DNA from: a virus
Length of the DNA: 64,000 bases
Strand: one strand, 5' to 3'
IMG/VR virus record: IMGVR_UViG_3300045988_143356
The translations under genes and the position numbers were made by a program. Below the pieces are notes generated by a model. It worked only from the letters and a program-made list of their open reading frames with translations. It was not told the DNA's origin and made no database searches. Shown in pieces: positions 60,656 through 64,000 of this stretch. Position 1 is the stretch's first letter. The number at the start of each line of letters is the position of its first letter.

Positions 60656-61255
60656 TCAAAACGGAAGCTCGGCGCGAACACCTTGCGGAGCCACTGAACC
60701 AGCCGTCCTCTTCTTGAAAGCGTCGGCGGTGACATCCAAAAGCACGATGGGAGCCGCCATGTACTTGAGGTACAGGCCGCAGCCGTACACGTAACCGTAG
60801 AAGCCGTTCGAGACCCACCCGCGATCCCGGTTGCCCCGGGAGCAACTCCAGACGCCGGCGCTAAAATACTCCATAAGATCCGCCCCGTCTATCTTTCTTG
60901 CTAACTTGTCAATCTCGCCATCCTGCTCCGTTATCTCCATCGCCGCCAGCAGGGTCGGCAGTCCGAATCTGCCGAACTTTTCGGAGGTGAATTTTGTGGC
61001 AAACCTCGCCGCCGGGCTTCCAGCTTTAAGAAGCGCGGCGGTGGCCGCCTGGTTATCCCTCAACCTCAGCGCGCGCATCACGGAAATTCCCGCGTCGAAC
61101 CACCTATCCCTATCCTTTGGATCCAGCAACTCCTCGTTGCTGTACCTCGGGTAAATGAGAGCCCTCTGCCAGTTCAGGAGGTCGATCTCGATACCCTCGA
61201 TACATTCAAGCCTGTTCTGGCCGTCGCATCCGTCCTTGTAGATAATCCTTGCCAT
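60656..61255 (-). CDS. hypothetical protein with C-terminal ELPF tip
   Basis: ATG 61255 (MARIIYKDG…) inside track ORF 60656..61336; ends …VRAELPF. Confidence 0.5.
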   Translation of the reverse strand: MARIIYKDGCDGQNRLECIEGIEIDLLNWQRALIYPRYSNEELLDPKDRDRWFDAGISVMRALRLRDNQAATAALLKAGSPAARFATKFTSEKFGRFGLPTLLAAMEITEQDGEIDKLARKIDGADLMEYFSAGVWSCSRGNRDRGWVSNGFYGYVYGCGLYLKYMAAPIVLLDVTADAFKKRTAGSVAPQGVRAELPF

Positions 61256-61292
61256 AATCAAAAAATCTTTCTGTAATTCATGACTCCGCGCC

Positions 61293-62021
61293 TCATAGCT
61301 CCAGCCCGTATTCCATGGCCACCTGCCTGATGACATCGCCGCCGTAGTCGCCCGCGGTCTCCGTAAGGAACGTCCTCAGGGTGATGCTGTCAGTAGGATT
61401 GTACCCGTGTTCCTCGCACCACTGCCTCCTTCCGAACTCGCAGGAGCCTGTCAATATGTGATGCCAGTCGAACAGGTCGCCATACTCCTCATCCAATGCC
61501 GGGTGGGTCTTCGCGAACTCCGCTATCCTCTCGTCCAGCGGCCTGTTCTTCCTCCACTTGGCCTCGACCGCCTCGACCGCCTCGTGGAGCGTGTTACTGT
61601 GGGCGAAGAAGTTCCCTCGCTTGGCTATCCAGCAGTCCCTCAACGTCAAATCCCTGCACAGAACCGCGCCCTTGGCGACATTGCCACGCAAGTCATAGAT
61701 AAGTGTCAACACTCCGTCGATGTCATAGACCTTGCGGCCGTTGAACTCCTTGATGCCGTCACCGTCACCGGAACCGGAACCGTAACCGTAACCGTCACCG
61801 TCACCGTCACCGTCACCGGAACCGGAACCGGAACCGGAACCGGAACCGGAACCGTAACCGTCACCGTCACCGGAACCGGAACCGGAACCGTCACCGTCAC
61901 CGTCACCGTCACCGTCACCGGAACCGGAACCGGAACCGTAACCGTCACCGTCACCGGAACCGGAACCGGAACCGGAACTTATGGCAAGGAACCGCTCGAT
62001 ATCCTTTTCTATCGCTTCCAT
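61293..62021 (-). CDS. protein with a long (GS/GD/GY)n low-complexity linker
   Basis: MEAIEKDIERFLAISSGSGSGSGDGDGYGSGS… about 75 aa of dipeptide repeats followed by a 150-aa globular part. Confidence 0.55.
   Translation of the reverse strand: MEAIEKDIERFLAISSGSGSGSGDGDGYGSGSGSGDGDGDGDGDGSGSGSGDGDGYGSGSGSGSGSGSGDGDGDGDGYGYGSGSGDGDGIKEFNGRKVYDIDGVLTLIYDLRGNVAKGAVLCRDLTLRDCWIAKRGNFFAHSNTLHEAVEAVEAKWRKNRPLDERIAEFAKTHPALDEEYGDLFDWHHILTGSCEFGRRQWCEEHGYNPTDSITLRTFLTETAGDYGGDVIRQVAMEYGLEL
61755..61978. repeat. in-frame hexanucleotide microsatellite (ACCGTC/ACCGGA/ACCGTA)n
   Basis: About 37 consecutive 6-nt units on the plus strand; encodes GD/GS/GY on the minus strand. Confidence 0.9.
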
Positions 62022-62314
62022 TCCTTCTTCGCCTCGATGTTAGCTATTGCCTTGTAAGAGCAAGGTATGATCTGGACAACGTTGGCGACTACCAGCGACG
62101 GCACGGCCACCGTGATCTTGCTGTTGTCGTTGCAACCTTCCTGCGAAAGCTGCTCCACGGCCGCGGCCCCGTCCCAGTACCACACCTTGCGGGCGTTGGC
62201 AAGACGGACGTTCAGCCCGTTGGCGTCGCCTGAAACCTCTTCGACCTCGCCGAAGAAGACCCCGGCGCCATAGCATCTCACGATGCACTTTTTTCCGCTG
62301 TAATTTTCCATCAT
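62009..62314 (-). CDS. hypothetical protein
   Basis: 101-aa ORF. Confidence 0.5.
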   Translation of the reverse strand: MMENYSGKKCIVRCYGAGVFFGEVEEVSGDANGLNVRLANARKVWYWDGAAAVEQLSQEGCNDNSKITVAVPSLVVANVVQIIPCSYKAIANIEAKKEWKR

Positions 62315-62350
62315 CTTTAATCATTAAAAGTTAAACAATCTGTATAAACT

Positions 62351-62453
62351 TGGCCCGGAGCGCGGAGTCGAACCGCCTTTTGTCAAAATCATCAATTTGT
62401 GTTTTTAGCATCGCTACGTATTCCCGCGTCCCCGTGGACGCTTTCTCTCCTGG
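62351..62453 (-). ncRNA. tRNA-like element with 6-bp/4-nt D-type hairpin and canonical T-loop (weak model)
   Basis: CCAGGAG-AGAAA-GCGTCC-ACGG-GGACGC-(49 nt)-GCGG-TTCGACT-CCGC-G-CTCCGGG-CCA; acceptor 6 of 7 pairs; no convincing anticodon arm. Confidence 0.3.
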
Positions 62454-62528
62454 CTTTTCGCGCGTCACCGCGCTACTTGGGTTGGAAGGTAACTCCTGGG
62501 CTACCTTGTCCTCGCTTGCGAGGCTTCG

Positions 62529-62640
62529 CTCCACGGTGAGGAATCGAACCTCACTGTCGTCCTACGCTTTGAATGAAGTGTGTCTTTTCGGGGCGTCTTC
62601 ATTCATTGTGCCGGAAACGCCATATTCCGGCCTTCGTGGA
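62529..62640 (-). ncRNA. expanded cloverleaf tRNA-like element (112 nt)
   Basis: TCCACGA-AG-GCCGGAA-TATGGCGT-TTCCGGC-ACAA-TGAATGAAG-(18-nt loop)-CTTCATTCA-(16 nt)-TGAGG-TTCGATT-CCTCA-CCGTGGA-G; four-way junction, GG in the D-type loop. Confidence 0.4.
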
Positions 62641-62654
62641 GTTTTGCCGTCTCC

Positions 62655-62909
62655 CTAAACGGTATATTCCCAGTTCGTCATTGCTGGCGGATCATCGTCC
62701 TCTATCGAATCCGACATAAAGACAACCATGTCCACTGTGACACCTACAAAATCCATGCCTTTGTAGTCATCGAAGCGGTAGTCCAGGACAAGTTTCCTTG
62801 CCTCCGCCGCGTCATTTGCCCAACAGTCGCACTCTATCGGCCTGTTGTAAACCTCGCCATTCCAGTCCTCGTGCTGGACAGTGGCGCAAACTTTGAATAA
62901 CTTAATCAT
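62655..62909 (-). CDS. hypothetical protein
   Basis: 84-aa ORF ending 14 nt before the tRNA-like element. Confidence 0.5.
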   Translation of the reverse strand: MIKLFKVCATVQHEDWNGEVYNRPIECDCWANDAAEARKLVLDYRFDDYKGMDFVGVTVDMVVFMSDSIEDDDPPAMTNWEYTV

Positions 62910-63687
62910 TGCTTAACTGAATTATCTTTATCCACTTGCTTAATATCCCCTTGCTCAAGGGGCATCCGTTGCGCGTCCCGTACTTCTCCGGATGCTTCCG
63001 GTAAAGCTCCTGCGCGTCCGCAAGGATGTCAACCCTTGCCCTGTGCTTGAACACCTGCAACTCCACCCAGGCGAAGAGCGGCGACTCCTTGCGCCATTCA
63101 ACGGCCTTGGCGGCGGCCGCCTCATTGGCGGCCACTATCGCCTGCCTTGGCATACATCCCCTCGGATTGCCAAGTTTCTTCACCCAGTGCCCAGACTTGG
63201 AGAAGAACCCTCCGTTCTCCGCTATCTGGCGCTGACGTTCCGCCAAGGCAAGACGTGTGTTTATCTGTATCATCTGCGCCTGACGCTCCCACACCGCGAA
63301 CATTATCGTCAGCACGAACCTGTCACAGGTAGGAAGGTCGCAGATGACCACGTTACGCTCGCCCATGGCATCTATGATATCCAACGCCTCGGACACGGAT
63401 CTCAGACGGTCGCTCTTTGCTATGCACAGGACATAATCAGAAGCCTTGCAGTACCGTATGGCCTCCCATAACTGACCGCACTCCTTCAACTTCGTCCCTG
63501 AATGGACGTCAGTGAAAACCGCCACCGGATCCTTTGCCATGAACATCTTCGCTATCGTCAACTGCGCCTCCAGGCCAAGGCCGGAGGCCTCCTGCTCCTG
63601 CGTGGATACCCTGCGCCACAAGACATAAGGCCTTGAATCGCCTATCGGCTTTATCTCTATCTTTTTTCTCTTTTTCCCTGTCCACAT
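62902..63687 (-). CDS. small serine recombinase (resolvase/invertase family)
   Basis: YVLWRRVSTQEQEASGLGLEAQ (catalytic Ser), TDVHSGTK, CIAKSDRLRSV, E-helix WERQAQMIQINTRLAL; ATG 63687 preferred to track start 63747. Confidence 0.8.
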   Translation of the reverse strand: MWTGKKRKKIEIKPIGDSRPYVLWRRVSTQEQEASGLGLEAQLTIAKMFMAKDPVAVFTDVHSGTKLKECGQLWEAIRYCKASDYVLCIAKSDRLRSVSEALDIIDAMGERNVVICDLPTCDRFVLTIMFAVWERQAQMIQINTRLALAERQRQIAENGGFFSKSGHWVKKLGNPRGCMPRQAIVAANEAAAAKAVEWRKESPLFAWVELQVFKHRARVDILADAQELYRKHPEKYGTRNGCPLSKGILSKWIKIIQLSND

Positions 63688-63932
63688 AACCGCAAAGACT
63701 CCAAAGTTGCCGGAAACCAATACGCATCGTGATCGAAGAACACGCAACGCCCGTACTTGTCGGGCAGCTGAAACGCAAGCACCTCATACGGCCCGAACGT
63801 GATTCCTGACGAGTTGGTGAACATCACCTTGTCGCCGATACTAAGGTCAACACCCGGAAGACTCTCGCAGAACTCTTCTTCCCTATACTGTCTCTTCCAT
63901 TCCTGGAACTCTTTCTTGTAACTTTTCCCCAT
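63657..63932 (-). CDS. hypothetical protein
   Basis: ATG 63932 (MGKSYKKEF…) in track ORF 63657..63959. Confidence 0.45.
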   Translation of the reverse strand: MGKSYKKEFQEWKRQYREEEFCESLPGVDLSIGDKVMFTNSSGITFGPYEVLAFQLPDKYGRCVFFDHDAYWFPATLESLRLCGQGKREKR

Positions 63933-64000
63933 ATTACCTTCTTGCCAGCAAATCATCAAGATATGCCAAAAACATTATTATCAACATTATTTGTCCCTTC

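Larger units (their letters stand above)
1..64000. mobile_element. tailed dsDNA phage or prophage (siphovirus-like) genome segment
   Basis: Contiguous replication, packaging, head, tail, fibre and lysis modules plus a block of small early-type genes; no host housekeeping genes seen anywhere in the window. Confidence 0.85.

Noticed and set aside
61755-61978. CRISPR array
   Set aside because: The period is 6 nt with no spacers, no longer repeats and no cas genes. It is a coding microsatellite.
61407-62057. ORFs 61407..62057(+) and 61706..61954(-) with (TV/PV)n repeats
   Set aside because: They are kept open only by the hexanucleotide microsatellite. The minus-strand frame encoding (GS/GD/GY)n is the one with a proper N-terminus and a globular C-terminal domain.
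62341-62654. tmRNA
   Set aside because: A T-arm and terminal CCA are present. However, the 5' and 3' ends of the region do not pair as a tmRNA acceptor stem, no resume-codon/tag ORF ending in a hydrophobic tail is visible, and there are two separate T-arm elements rather than one.

Overview
The window reads as most or all of a tailed dsDNA phage or prophage. It is siphovirus-like, with a lambda-style scaffold-decoration-capsid order. The host is probably a Bacteroidota member, judging from BACON-like repeats in the fibre genes, a DUF3127-type SSB-like gene, repeated TAnnTTTG -7 boxes and A-rich leaders.

Layout:
- 1-980: leftward small genes.
- 981-2376: a roughly 1.4-kb non-coding control region with a dense TGTAG/CTACA iteron array and several palindromes.
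- 2377-15147: rightward replication/recombination/modification module. It holds an HNH endonuclease, D5/P4-type primase-helicase, Toprim protein, YqaJ exonuclease, two DNA methyltransferases, SF2 helicase, VRR-NUC nuclease and an SSB-like protein.
- 15234-18499: leftward portal and large terminase.
- 18711-47181: rightward head, tail (G/GT frameshift, 1744-aa tape measure), baseplate/fibre and lysin genes.
- 47287-51738: membrane proteins and an unassigned module.
- 51804-64000: about 35 leftward small early-type genes, including dUTPase, a ThyX-like protein, HTH proteins, zinc-ribbon mini-proteins and a small serine recombinase.

Observations most worth follow-up:
1. Five truncated tRNA-like elements with canonical T-arms sit in intergenic gaps, sense to the flanking genes. 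One has a UCA anticodon-type loop.
2. Both methyltransferase genes contain long poly-G tracts. G10 breaks the frame of one; G9 keeps the other in frame.
3. BACON-like domains appear to be split across the stop/start junctions of consecutive fibre genes.
4. Base composition is extremely mosaic (sample lines from about 33% to 72% GC).

All functional calls rest on motifs read by eye. No database search was run.
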